A stretch of 64,000 nt of DNA, from NCBI GenBank assembly GCA_942493105.1, contig OW818668.1, positions 894,106 to 958,105 on the forward strand, written 5' to 3'. This DNA is from an uncultured Erysipelotrichaceae bacterium. Lineage in GTDB: Bacteria > Bacillota_I > Bacilli_A > Erysipelotrichales > Erysipelotrichaceae. The notes beneath the pieces were generated by a model. The model had not been told where the DNA came from. It ran no database searches and saw only the letters and a list, made by a program, of their open reading frames with translations. A program made the position numbers and the translations under genes. Shown piece after piece: positions 52,035 to 61,004 of the stretch; position 1 is the first letter of the stretch; each line of letters begins with the position of its first letter.

Positions 52035-53012
52035 ATGCTTAATGTTGGTATCGTAGGAACAGGTATGATCAGTGAATCGTTTGTTAAGGCAGCCCATCAA
52101 CTCAGTGAAGTCAAAGTCATCGCGATTCAAAGTCGCACAATGGAATCTGCTTTAGAGTTTGCTAAACAACATCAAATTGAAAAGGCATATGACAGTTACG
52201 AATTGATGTTGAAAGATGAAGAAATTGATACGATCTACATTGGTTTACCAAACAGTCTACATTTCGACTATGGGATCAAAGCTTTAAAAGCCCATAAGAC
52301 CACCATCTTAGAAAAACCTTTCTTATCCAATATGAAAGAATATGATGCTTTGATGGCTGTCTCACGTGAATTCAAAACCCGTGTCTTTGAGATGAACCGT
52401 GTCCTTCAACTCCCAAATTTTAAAGTCATCCAAGACCATTTAAAAGACATCGAACCTGTTAGTATGATCACCATGAACTTCAGTCAATACTCTCGCAAAT
52501 ATAATGATTATTTGGCTGGCAGGATCCTTAATGTCTTCTCAGATGAATATTCTGGAGGTGCTTTAGTAGATTTAGGGGTCTATGCGGTTCACTTCCTGGT
52601 GGGCTTATTTGGGTCTCCTAAAGAGCTGACTTATATTGCCTCACTACTGCCCAATACGATCGATGTGGGAGGTAACTTGATCTTAAAATACGATGGCTTT
52701 ATCGCCAGTGTCGTACAAAGTAAGAACTCTAAATGTGATAATCGTATTTGTATCCAAGGAGAAAAAGGAACGATCTATGCCTCTCCTACAGCCTCAGCTT
52801 TACGTAAAGTAGAACTGGATACCACAGAAAAGAAAGACATCACTTTACCTCATGACCTAGAAGGTATGGCATATACTTTAAAAGATATCAACGACATCGT
52901 TGAAACAAACAACGAAGCATTATATCAAATCCGAGTTGAACAATCGCTTAAAGTCATGGAAGTTTTAGTTAAAGCAAGACAAAGTGCAGGAATCGTTTTC
53001 AAAGCTGATTAG
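52035..53012 (+). CDS. Gfo/Idh/MocA-family NAD(P) oxidoreductase
   Basis: VGIVGTGMI Rossmann N-terminus. Confidence 0.8.
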   Translation: MLNVGIVGTGMISESFVKAAHQLSEVKVIAIQSRTMESALEFAKQHQIEKAYDSYELMLKDEEIDTIYIGLPNSLHFDYGIKALKAHKTTILEKPFLSNMKEYDALMAVSREFKTRVFEMNRVLQLPNFKVIQDHLKDIEPVSMITMNFSQYSRKYNDYLAGRILNVFSDEYSGGALVDLGVYAVHFLVGLFGSPKELTYIASLLPNTIDVGGNLILKYDGFIASVVQSKNSKCDNRICIQGEKGTIYASPTASALRKVELDTTEKKDITLPHDLEGMAYTLKDINDIVETNNEALYQIRVEQSLKVMEVLVKARQSAGIVFKAD

Positions 53013-53027
53013 TAGATCCATGATATA

Positions 53028-53060
53028 TAAAAAACGGAATCTTAATAGATTCCGTTTTTA
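53028..53060. terminator. bidirectional terminator
   Basis: aaaaaacggaatc-ttaata-gattccgttttt. Confidence 0.8.
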
Positions 53061-53066
53061 GTACGA

Positions 53067-53333
53067 TTATTTAGTCACAGGTCTTTTAAAGATGTATTCA
53101 TCTCCGACATTATATCGATCATACTCTGTCTGATTTTTAACTTTGATGGTAGCCTCAAAGTCTCCATCCATCCCTGTAATTTTGTATGTCACATAAAAAT
53201 AATATTGATTGGAACTAACAACTTCCTTATTGACGATGATGCTTTTTGTATCCACAGTTTTAGGACTACCAGAACACCCACCAATCAATAAAACACCTAT
53301 AACCAATACAGAAATCAAGATGAGCTTTTTCAA
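53067..53333 (-). CDS. small lipoprotein
   Basis: Signal peptide with LIGGCSGS lipobox. Confidence 0.45.
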   Translation of the reverse strand: MKKLILISVLVIGVLLIGGCSGSPKTVDTKSIIVNKEVVSSNQYYFYVTYKITGMDGDFEATIKVKNQTEYDRYNVGDEYIFKRPVTK

Positions 53334-53464
53334 AGGTTTATTCCTTTCGTTAATCTAATAATAGCACCATCATCATGAAAAACTACGAAAAATAGTGATG
53401 ATTTTTTAAAGTAAAAAGGATTGTTTTTCTCAACAAACTTGTACCTTTTCACTAGATGTTTACT

Positions 53465-53956
53465 CTATTTATTCTTGAATATTTGAATATAACCTCTAAA
53501 TAAAATCACAATAGCGGCCAGTATATACAGATAGCGATCATTGGAATATGCATATTGAGTAAAACTCAAATAAACAACAACACCTGCCAATAACACATAG
53601 AAAGCACCATTAAAGATCTTACTGTTGAGACTGGTGGGTACTTTGAGCTTCACATCAGCCACTTTATAGTTTTTTAGCTTCGTTAATTTATTGATGAAAA
53701 TAAATCGATAATATAATTCTACGATGATGGTCAATCCAACTAGGAAGACAGCATCATAGATCAAATCAAAACCCAAGGCATAAAAGAAAACCGAGGCTAC
53801 CAAGACAATAGTGTAGCGATTTCTAAAAAAGAACAAGCTTGTCATTTGATCTAAAGGAATCACATAGGCTGCATTTTCTTTTGGGATAGGTAAGATATAT
53901 CTTCCGTTTTTTTCTTTTATAACGCCCATCGATTCTATTGTTTTAGTGGATATCAT
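53465..53956 (-). CDS. hypothetical membrane protein
   Basis: Three to four TM helices; no recognisable family. Confidence 0.35.
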   Translation of the reverse strand: MISTKTIESMGVIKEKNGRYILPIPKENAAYVIPLDQMTSLFFFRNRYTIVLVASVFFYALGFDLIYDAVFLVGLTIIVELYYRFIFINKLTKLKNYKVADVKLKVPTSLNSKIFNGAFYVLLAGVVVYLSFTQYAYSNDRYLYILAAIVILFRGYIQIFKNK

Positions 53957-54143
53957 AACTCACCTCAGCATTCATTATATCTTAAATATAACCTTAATTC
54001 TATGCATATATATACAAGCGGTGAACTTGATTTTAGTGCTATAATGAGTTCAAAAGAGGATAGTGGGAACAATCATACTTTTAAGCATTTATGATCGATC
54101 ATGATTCAAGTTTTTAAACAATCATGATCAGAAAGGTATTAAA

Positions 54144-54794
54144 ATGCCCCAACCTCTGAATACAAAAAATGTTAATATTGAAGAACCTTTGACGATTCAT
54201 TTTGAATGCGAAAATTGCGGTCATGAGTTTACGCGAGAAGGAAAGATCACTTGTAGTGGAAAAGCACAAAGCAATATTGATGATCAAAATGATCCTTCTC
54301 AACAAGCCCACAATTATGCCTTAGGCAGATTAAGCTTAGCCCATGATCTTTTAGATTCAATGATCTCTGAAGGTATTGTACAAACCAACACAGATGAGAA
54401 AGACATCACCATCACCATCCATGGAAACAATAAATGTCCCAACTGTGGTTACACTCAAAGAATCATCCCTAAAAAAGTTAATCAAAAGAAAAAGAAAAAA
54501 TTTACGACTCAAAGAATGCTGATGTGGACGTGGGGAACCATCTTGCTTACCATGTTTATCTTTACGTATGTTTTCTATACTTACGCTCAACTTAGAACTT
54601 TTTTAAATACCTTTAAACTGGTACCTTTACTTGTTGGGTTACTCTTAGTATTGGTTCCAATTACCTTACTGATGATCAACTACTATTTTAAAGATCGAAA
54701 GCAAAATAAAAGAGCTAAGAATAGACTTAAAGAGGAAGCTTTACCTACCCCAAAGATGCCTGCAGTAACATTTGGTCAGCAAAAGACATTCTAG
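54144..54794 (+). CDS. zinc-ribbon protein with C-terminal TM anchors
   Basis: CENCGH ... CPNCGY CxxC pairs followed by two TM helices. Confidence 0.4.
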   Translation: MPQPLNTKNVNIEEPLTIHFECENCGHEFTREGKITCSGKAQSNIDDQNDPSQQAHNYALGRLSLAHDLLDSMISEGIVQTNTDEKDITITIHGNNKCPNCGYTQRIIPKKVNQKKKKKFTTQRMLMWTWGTILLTMFIFTYVFYTYAQLRTFLNTFKLVPLLVGLLLVLVPITLLMINYYFKDRKQNKRAKNRLKEEALPTPKMPAVTFGQQKTF

Positions 54795-54823
54795 CTAATT
54801 AGCTAATCACGATTATAGAAACG

Positions 54824-54851
54824 TAACTCAAGATCGAGTTATGTTTTTTTT
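54824..54851 (+). terminator. rho-independent terminator
   Basis: taactc-aagatc-gagtta stem followed by T8. Confidence 0.65.
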
Positions 54852-54968
54852 GTGATATAGGAATATCTGGTAGTAATTTCTTGTATAGAATCCGCATAAG
54901 ATATTTTAACAAATGATACCATATGTAGTATCATATAAGTATGTCAACTATAAATAAAGGAGAAGAAA

Positions 54969-55316
54969 ATGAACAAATATAAGATGATCGTTTATACAAT
55001 GAAACAAGGTGACTCCGAGGAATATGTTGCGGAGTATCCTGCTTTAAAAGGGGTTGCTGGAGTTGGATCAAGTCCATTTGAAGCAATCGAAAATTTAATG
55101 GAAAGTGCTGAGGTCAATGTTGCAGCGCTAATTGAAGCAGGTCTTCTTGTTCCAGAAAGTGATTCACAAACAAGAAATGAATACAGCGGCAAACTATCTG
55201 TACGATTATCAAGTAAGTTACATAGGATGGTTGCGGAGCTTTCGAAACAAGAAGGTGTTAGTATCAATCAATGTATTGTTGAAGCTGTTTCAATGTATGT
55301 AGGCAAGGTATATTAG
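54969..55316 (+). CDS. HicB-family antitoxin-like protein (RNase-H-like N-domain + RHH DNA-binding C-domain), no HicA partner seen
   Basis: YVAEYPALKGVAGVGSSPFEAIENL is typical of HicB, and the C-terminus SGKLSVRLSSKLHRMVAELSKQEGVSINQ is RHH-like. Confidence 0.6.
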   Translation: MNKYKMIVYTMKQGDSEEYVAEYPALKGVAGVGSSPFEAIENLMESAEVNVAALIEAGLLVPESDSQTRNEYSGKLSVRLSSKLHRMVAELSKQEGVSINQCIVEAVSMYVGKVY

Positions 55317-55321
55317 TAGAA

Positions 55322-56206
55322 CTAAATTCCCAACTCATTGAATGTTAAAGACTCTGATATGCGGGTATAGATCCTTTTTTCATGAGTAGATTCATGAGAA
55401 CTGAACTCATAGATGCCGATGAAACGGTATAACCTTCTCCCCAAAACATCTTTACTTCGTGCAAAGGTGATTCGCAAATAATTATCTTGTCTTTCAAGCC
55501 CTTCCATTTCATTTGGATCCAGGCGATACTCTAAGATTTTGTTTCGATTATCAGCTAAAACATTAAGCCAACCATGGCTACCCTGTGATCGCAACTCACC
55601 TTCTACAGTAGTTGCTAAATTTGGACACCAAATCCAATATTTTCCATTTAATTTGAAATATCCAGATTGTCTTTTAAAACGTACAAGACCAAATCCATTC
55701 GCAATCTCTTCGATGCGTCTAAAACGAATCTCATCTGAAACAGATAAATTTCTCTTCGTTTGTAATAATGTCGATGGGTTTTGATCAAAGTTCCATGCTG
55801 GAACTTTTGACAGTTGAATAATTGCTTTTAGTTCCGAAACAACAGAATTGATCTGCTGATCTACGTTTTCAAAACTTTGATCCAAATCAATTCTTCTTAA
55901 TATAAATTGTTTGGGTTCATCAAGGATTTCGATACTGGTTTGTATATCAAGCTGTCGGATCATATCCAAAGTGATTGTTGTCTTGTGATGAGGTTCATCG
56001 ACTTCTAACCCAAAATTGATTTGAGGAAAATACATATCTAGGAGTGCGTAACTACCATTGGTGCGCTTGATGTATTGTTGAGTAACAGGCTTGATATCTA
56101 GGTTTCCTAATCTCTGCCAAATCGCATTGACGACATAATTCTCATAGTCTTTCTTTTTAGTTCTAGATAACGTTTTGATTAAGTAGTCGAGTTTTAGATC
56201 AATCAT
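55322..56206 (-). CDS. Vsr/DUF559-like endonuclease-fold N-domain fused to an uncharacterised ~150-aa C-domain
   Basis: AIWQRL ... TQQYIKRTNGSYALLDMYFPQINFGLEVDEPHH follows the DUF559 consensus (W.aL ... RQ ... DFY.P ... IEvDG..H); 29 nt downstream of tnaA on the same strand. Confidence 0.5.
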   Translation of the reverse strand: MIDLKLDYLIKTLSRTKKKDYENYVVNAIWQRLGNLDIKPVTQQYIKRTNGSYALLDMYFPQINFGLEVDEPHHKTTITLDMIRQLDIQTSIEILDEPKQFILRRIDLDQSFENVDQQINSVVSELKAIIQLSKVPAWNFDQNPSTLLQTKRNLSVSDEIRFRRIEEIANGFGLVRFKRQSGYFKLNGKYWIWCPNLATTVEGELRSQGSHGWLNVLADNRNKILEYRLDPNEMEGLERQDNYLRITFARSKDVLGRRLYRFIGIYEFSSHESTHEKRIYTRISESLTFNELGI

Positions 56207-56235
56207 GGGTGTTTATCATAATTTCGTTTGTTTCA

Positions 56236-57621
56236 TTATAGTAATTCAAACCCTGCAGTAAAGTGTCTTAAGGATTGTATAGGTCCTTCATAGGTCAGCT
56301 TAAGACCCTTATAGGAGTCTCTGTTGGCGTAAATATCTCTTAAGGCATTGGCAATACAATCCATATGGTTATTGGTGTATACGCGTCTGGAAATGGCGAT
56401 ACGCATGGTTTCTAGTTCTGGCCAAACAGCTTCACCTGTCACAGGATCTTTGGATCCAAAAGCACAGGCACCTAACTCTACACAACGAATTCCAGCGAGT
56501 TCATATAAGGCAACAACCAATCTTTGAGAAGGGAATTCACTTTGTGGAATATGTGGGAAGAAACGTCTTCCATCGACATAAACTCCGTGTCCTCCAGTAG
56601 GTTCAATAATGGGGACACCCGCTTCTTTAAGTTTATTTCCCAGGTATTCAACTTGTTTGATTCGATACTCAAGATAATCATAATCACAGACTTCTTTTAA
56701 ACCAACCGCCAATGCATCTAAGTCTCTGCCAGCCAAGCCGCCATAGGTAATGAAGCCTTCATGGACGATGGCAAGCTGATTGGCCATTTGAAAGATGTTG
56801 AGTTTACGGGTTAAGAATAAACCACCTATATTGACTAAACCATCTTTCTTCGCACTCATCACGGCTGTTTCACAGTAAGATAAGGTTTCTAGAATAATGC
56901 TTTGAATAGAAGCATCCTTGAACTCTGCTTCTCTGGTTTTGATGAAGTAAGCATTCTCTGCGATACGAGCAATATCCATACACATTGGGATCTCATATTT
57001 TTGTGCCAAGGCTGCTGTTTCACGAATGTTTTTCATGGATACAGGTTGACCGCCATTGTTGTTGCAAGTGATTGTCAGCATGATCAAGCCAATGTTTTCT
57101 TTACCTTTGTCTAGAATAAAAGCTTCACAAGCTTTGATGTCTAGGTTACCTTTAAAGGCTTGTGGAGCACTGGAAGCATCTTTACCTGCTTCTATGACTA
57201 AATCTGCTACTTGTGCACCTAAGACTTCCGCATTGCCTCTAAAGGTATCAAAATGCATATTGCCTATGGCAATCTGTCCAGGTTTACAATAGATCTTCGC
57301 AATCAAATAATCGGCAGCTCTGCCTTGATGAACCGGTTGAACATAAGGCATATCAAAGACTTCATGAACACTCTTCTCAAGTCTGAAGTAACTGTCACAA
57401 CTGGCATAGGATTCATCACCCATCATCAAGGCTGCCCATTGATTCTTACTCATGGCGGAAGTACCGCTGTCGGTCAAGCAATCAATATAGACATTTTCAG
57501 CTTTGACTTTAAAGACATTGTATCCGGCTTCTTTAAGCCAGGCTCGTCTTTGATCAATGGTTGTCTTTTTGACGTGTTCAATCATTTTTATACGGAATGG
57601 TTCTGCGGTTTGATAGTTCAT
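56236..57621 (-). CDS. tnaA: tryptophanase / beta-eliminating lyase
   Basis: PLP-dependent tryptophanase family. ATG 57621 (MNYQTAEPFRIK) has a GGAG RBS; the track ORF is extended to 57639. Confidence 0.85.
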   Translation of the reverse strand: MNYQTAEPFRIKMIEHVKKTTIDQRRAWLKEAGYNVFKVKAENVYIDCLTDSGTSAMSKNQWAALMMGDESYASCDSYFRLEKSVHEVFDMPYVQPVHQGRAADYLIAKIYCKPGQIAIGNMHFDTFRGNAEVLGAQVADLVIEAGKDASSAPQAFKGNLDIKACEAFILDKGKENIGLIMLTITCNNNGGQPVSMKNIRETAALAQKYEIPMCMDIARIAENAYFIKTREAEFKDASIQSIILETLSYCETAVMSAKKDGLVNIGGLFLTRKLNIFQMANQLAIVHEGFITYGGLAGRDLDALAVGLKEVCDYDYLEYRIKQVEYLGNKLKEAGVPIIEPTGGHGVYVDGRRFFPHIPQSEFPSQRLVVALYELAGIRCVELGACAFGSKDPVTGEAVWPELETMRIAISRRVYTNNHMDCIANALRDIYANRDSYKGLKLTYEGPIQSLRHFTAGFELL

Positions 57622-57881
57622 ATGTGCTCCAGGGGTCAACTTAAGACCTGTTTACTTCCAATATTTAAGTACTATGCTACTAAGTTATGACAATAAATGA
57701 AGTTGGGCTGAAGTAGTTTAATAAGTTATAGCCTTTTACTTTATCTTAGAGTGATAATAAACCAAGTTCTTTAAGTGCTCCTTCTAAAACGATCATGGTG
57801 AATTTTGTTGGAAGTCAGTTCATTTCAATCATTTCAAATCAACTTGAGGATGTCCAGCAAAAAAACCACTGGGATTCAAAT

Positions 57882-58042
57882 ATACTTTATCTACTATAAA
57901 AGCATCGACTCGTGTTGAACATTGTGTAAAGAGTCTAGCTAAAGTATCTTGCATAGCGAGCGGTTGCCATACAGTACGGGTTCTTACTCATAAGAGCTTC
58001 CTCTCCAACTTTGGAGATCCTTGTTGATTTTATTATAACTGA
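57882..58042 (-). repeat. direct repeat copy 1 (~160 nt): -10-like box, palindromic 5' UTR, RBS and degraded short ORF
   Basis: Aligns by eye to 61594..61757. The minus strand reads TATAAT ... ggatctccaaagttggagaggaagctctt-ATG with an 18-codon ORF (MSKNPYCMATARYARYFS). Confidence 0.7.
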
Positions 58043-58164
58043 TAGGGTTAGTAGTTCTAACATTGTTTAATATAAACAAGGAATAATAATGAATTTAAGT
58101 GAAGATTCATGAGGATTTGAAATGGTGTTTTAAGTGGTTTCTTTGAAGACTAAGCATTGATTGT

Positions 58165-58192
58165 AAAAAAGGACTGTTACACGTAACAGTCC
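58165..58192 (-). terminator. minus-strand rho-independent terminator with no annotated upstream gene
   Basis: ggactgtta-cacg-taacagtcc 9-bp stem; A6 on plus equals T6 on minus. Confidence 0.6.
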
Positions 58193-58712
58193 GGATTATA
58201 GTAGTCTTTCACATTAAGTACTTACCTGGATTTGATGGCTCTTTTGTGGAAATTATAACGATATACATACTACCCCAGTGTCACTTTGACTGAGATATCC
58301 TTTTTAACAAGTTTATCGACATAGGTTTATAAGAATCACAACGAAGTTTAAAAGATGTTCTATAGCGATTTTGGGATAAGGATGGAACTTGGCTATAGGA
58401 GATGTTGTCCCATGTACTGGCACATTTAGCAGGTCATATCAATGTCAATTCAGCCTCTACAAATAGACCATTACGATTGTATAAAAACCTTGACTCTATA
58501 ATATAGAAGACTTAGAATTAAAGACAGGCGAAAGCTATATTTCTATACCAATAATGGTTTGTTACTCATTGGTTAGGTGGCTTCAATTGGAATTTTTAGA
58601 TTTTGATAATTTTGCGTTCATGAGTGATTTTGGTTTTGGTTTTAAAACGCATATATTTAGAAAATATACATGAGTCGGTAACTATGTTTAACAACTAAAA
58701 AGGGTGGGAAAA

Positions 58713-59498
58713 ATGCCATATTGTCAAAATTGTGGAAAGTCAGTATCAGGAAACGCAAAGTTTTGCATTGATTGTGGTGTCACTTTAAACCTAACAGAAG
58801 ATAACGCAACTAGAAAACAAGAATTTGTGGGAAAAATATCAAAATGTCCTTCTTGTGGTGCGGGAATACCAAGTTTTACAGCGATGTGTCCGGTCTGTGG
58901 ACATGAGATCAATTCTGCTCGTGTAACATCATCTATTAAGGATTTTGCAGAAAAGATGATTCAATGTGACTTAGAAATTGCTAATAGCCCTGTCAAACTT
59001 AAAAAAGGATGGAGCTCGTGGGGAAAATGGGGAAAAATCGGATGGGTTTTTCTTAACATTTCCACATTTGGAGGACCTGTAATTATTCCTTACATATTCA
59101 AATCATTTGGTGTTGGTGGGATTCCTACATTGACTGCAGCAGAAATGAAAAAGCTTACAATGATAGATAACTTTGCTTTCCCAAATGATCGAGAGAGTAT
59201 TCTTGAAGCGCTTTTATTTATCAAATCTCAAGTATCATCACTTTCGTCTGGAAAAGTTGATCGAAGTACACAACGATGGATAGGAATCTGGAAAAACAAA
59301 GCAGACCAGCTTTTTCAAAAAGCAGACATCATGTTTAAGGGTGACAAGATTGCTATAGATGCATATGATGTCATTGTTGAAATAGAGAAGAAAGTTAAAA
59401 AATCGCTTGGCAAAAAAAGAATTATAGGAATTGTCCTAATAATTATATTCGTCATTATAATACTTTCATACTATGCTACAAGAGAACCTTCAGTTTAA
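58713..59498 (+). CDS. double zinc-ribbon protein with C-terminal TM anchor (YdjG-like)
   Basis: CQNCG ... CIDCG and CPSCG ... CPVCGH; C-terminal TM IIGIVLIIIFVIIIL. ATG 58713 has an AAGGGTGGG RBS. Confidence 0.5.
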   Translation: MPYCQNCGKSVSGNAKFCIDCGVTLNLTEDNATRKQEFVGKISKCPSCGAGIPSFTAMCPVCGHEINSARVTSSIKDFAEKMIQCDLEIANSPVKLKKGWSSWGKWGKIGWVFLNISTFGGPVIIPYIFKSFGVGGIPTLTAAEMKKLTMIDNFAFPNDRESILEALLFIKSQVSSLSSGKVDRSTQRWIGIWKNKADQLFQKADIMFKGDKIAIDAYDVIVEIEKKVKKSLGKKRIIGIVLIIIFVIIILSYYATREPSV

Positions 59499-59626
59499 TT
59501 CACATCAACAAACGATTGAAATCCATCATTGATGTGAGGCTTGAATAAGGTTAAAAAGCTGAACTTATTTTTGGGACAACATAAGTTTTAACAGGTAGAA
59601 ATACCAGTGAAAAGGGAGGTCTAAAT

Positions 59627-60991
59627 ATGGGATTATTTGGTAAACAGAAGGCAGGTGGATTTATGGATGAAATTCGATGTGATGAACCCTCATACTTGAT
59701 TTGGAAATGGCATCCAACCGGTTCTCAACAAGGATCAAATAATAGAGAGAATGCAATAAGGTGGGGTTCTAGTCTACGTGTAAAAGATGGAGAAGCGGCT
59801 GTGTTTGTATATAATCAGAAAGATGATACGATGCAAGATTTCATCGTAGGTCCGCATGATCAGATACTGAAGACAGACAATCTACCGATCTTGGCCAGTA
59901 TTGTAGGGTTGGCTTATAAGGGCGGTACTCCGTTTCAAGCTGAAGTCTATTTCATTAACTTAGCAAAAGTGATTCAAGTTCCGTTTGCGGTTCCTTTCTT
60001 TGATTTATATGACCCAAGATTCTTGGACTTTGGAATACCAACCGCTGTAAGAGGAAGAATAACATTTAATATTGCAAACTACAGAGAATTTATTAAACTA
60101 CACAGACTTTCCAATTTTGACTTAAATTCATTCCAGATTCAAATACGTGATGCTGTCGCAAGATATGTTAAGGGCATTGTTACAAATGCACCATCAGAAA
60201 ACAATATTCCCGTTGTACAGATCGAGCGTGAAATTCTAAAAATTAATGAGTTAGTTGAAGAAAATATTAAAGAACGATTTGAAAGAGACTTTGGTGTGAA
60301 TATTACTTCTGTGGATATTACCGCTATTGAAGTAGATAAATCTAGTGTTGGTTATCATCAGTTAAAGAGTGTGACACAAGATGTTGCCTCAGCAACTGTA
60401 AAAGCCCAAGCAGAAGTAAACATTAAGAATCTGCACGATACACAAAGAATTAATGCCGTGAATTTAGAAGAAACGATGCGTATTCAAAGAGAAGAAGCAC
60501 AATATGCTCAAAGAAAGCAGTCAGAAACCTCCAATTTTGCAGCTTATCAACTTGAAAAACAAGTAGAGTTTGGTATTGCTGGTGCGGATGCATTGGGTCA
60601 GATGGGCGCAAATGGTGCCACTGAAATATCTGGCGGTGGAGGAATGAACCCGGTAGGTTTGATGACTGGAATGGCAATGGGCGGAGCTATAGGTCAAAAT
60701 ATGGCAGGTATGATGAATAATATGATGGGCGGAGCAAAACAAGCAGATCCTGAACTGACACCACCTCCTGTTATTGCTTCTGTGTATTATGTCGCTGTTA
60801 ATGGTCAAGCAACCGGTCCATATGATATCCGTACGTTAGCTCAGATGGCAACAGTCGGGACATTTTTAAAGACAAGTTTGGTATGGAAACAAGGAATGAC
60901 AAATTGGATTTCTGCAGACACTGTCCAAGAGTTGCAATTGGTCTTTGGCAGTGAACCTTCCTCTATACCTCCAGTTCCACCAACGATTTAA
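59627..60991 (+). CDS. SPFH/Band7_1-family protein (YdjI / 'virion core protein'-like) with Gly/Met-rich linker and C-terminal DUF4339 (GYF-like) domain
   Basis: MGLFGK N-terminus typical of this family; C-terminus YYVAVNGQATGPYDIRTLAQM ... WKQGMTNW. Confidence 0.55.
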   Translation: MGLFGKQKAGGFMDEIRCDEPSYLIWKWHPTGSQQGSNNRENAIRWGSSLRVKDGEAAVFVYNQKDDTMQDFIVGPHDQILKTDNLPILASIVGLAYKGGTPFQAEVYFINLAKVIQVPFAVPFFDLYDPRFLDFGIPTAVRGRITFNIANYREFIKLHRLSNFDLNSFQIQIRDAVARYVKGIVTNAPSENNIPVVQIEREILKINELVEENIKERFERDFGVNITSVDITAIEVDKSSVGYHQLKSVTQDVASATVKAQAEVNIKNLHDTQRINAVNLEETMRIQREEAQYAQRKQSETSNFAAYQLEKQVEFGIAGADALGQMGANGATEISGGGGMNPVGLMTGMAMGGAIGQNMAGMMNNMMGGAKQADPELTPPPVIASVYYVAVNGQATGPYDIRTLAQMATVGTFLKTSLVWKQGMTNWISADTVQELQLVFGSEPSSIPPVPPTI

Positions 60992-61004
60992 AGGAGTCGT
61001 TACA

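Noticed and set aside
57640-57880. tnaC-like tryptophan-rich leader peptide upstream of tnaA
   Set aside because: Short ORFs in the leader (e.g. MIVLEGALKELGLLSL) contain no Trp codon and no boxA/rut-like features were evident. The leader is instead occupied by repeat copy 1.
60450-60808. 75-aa and 95-aa minus-strand ORFs inside the SPFH gene
   Set aside because: His/Cys-rich low-complexity antisense translation of a Gly/Met-rich coding segment; spurious.
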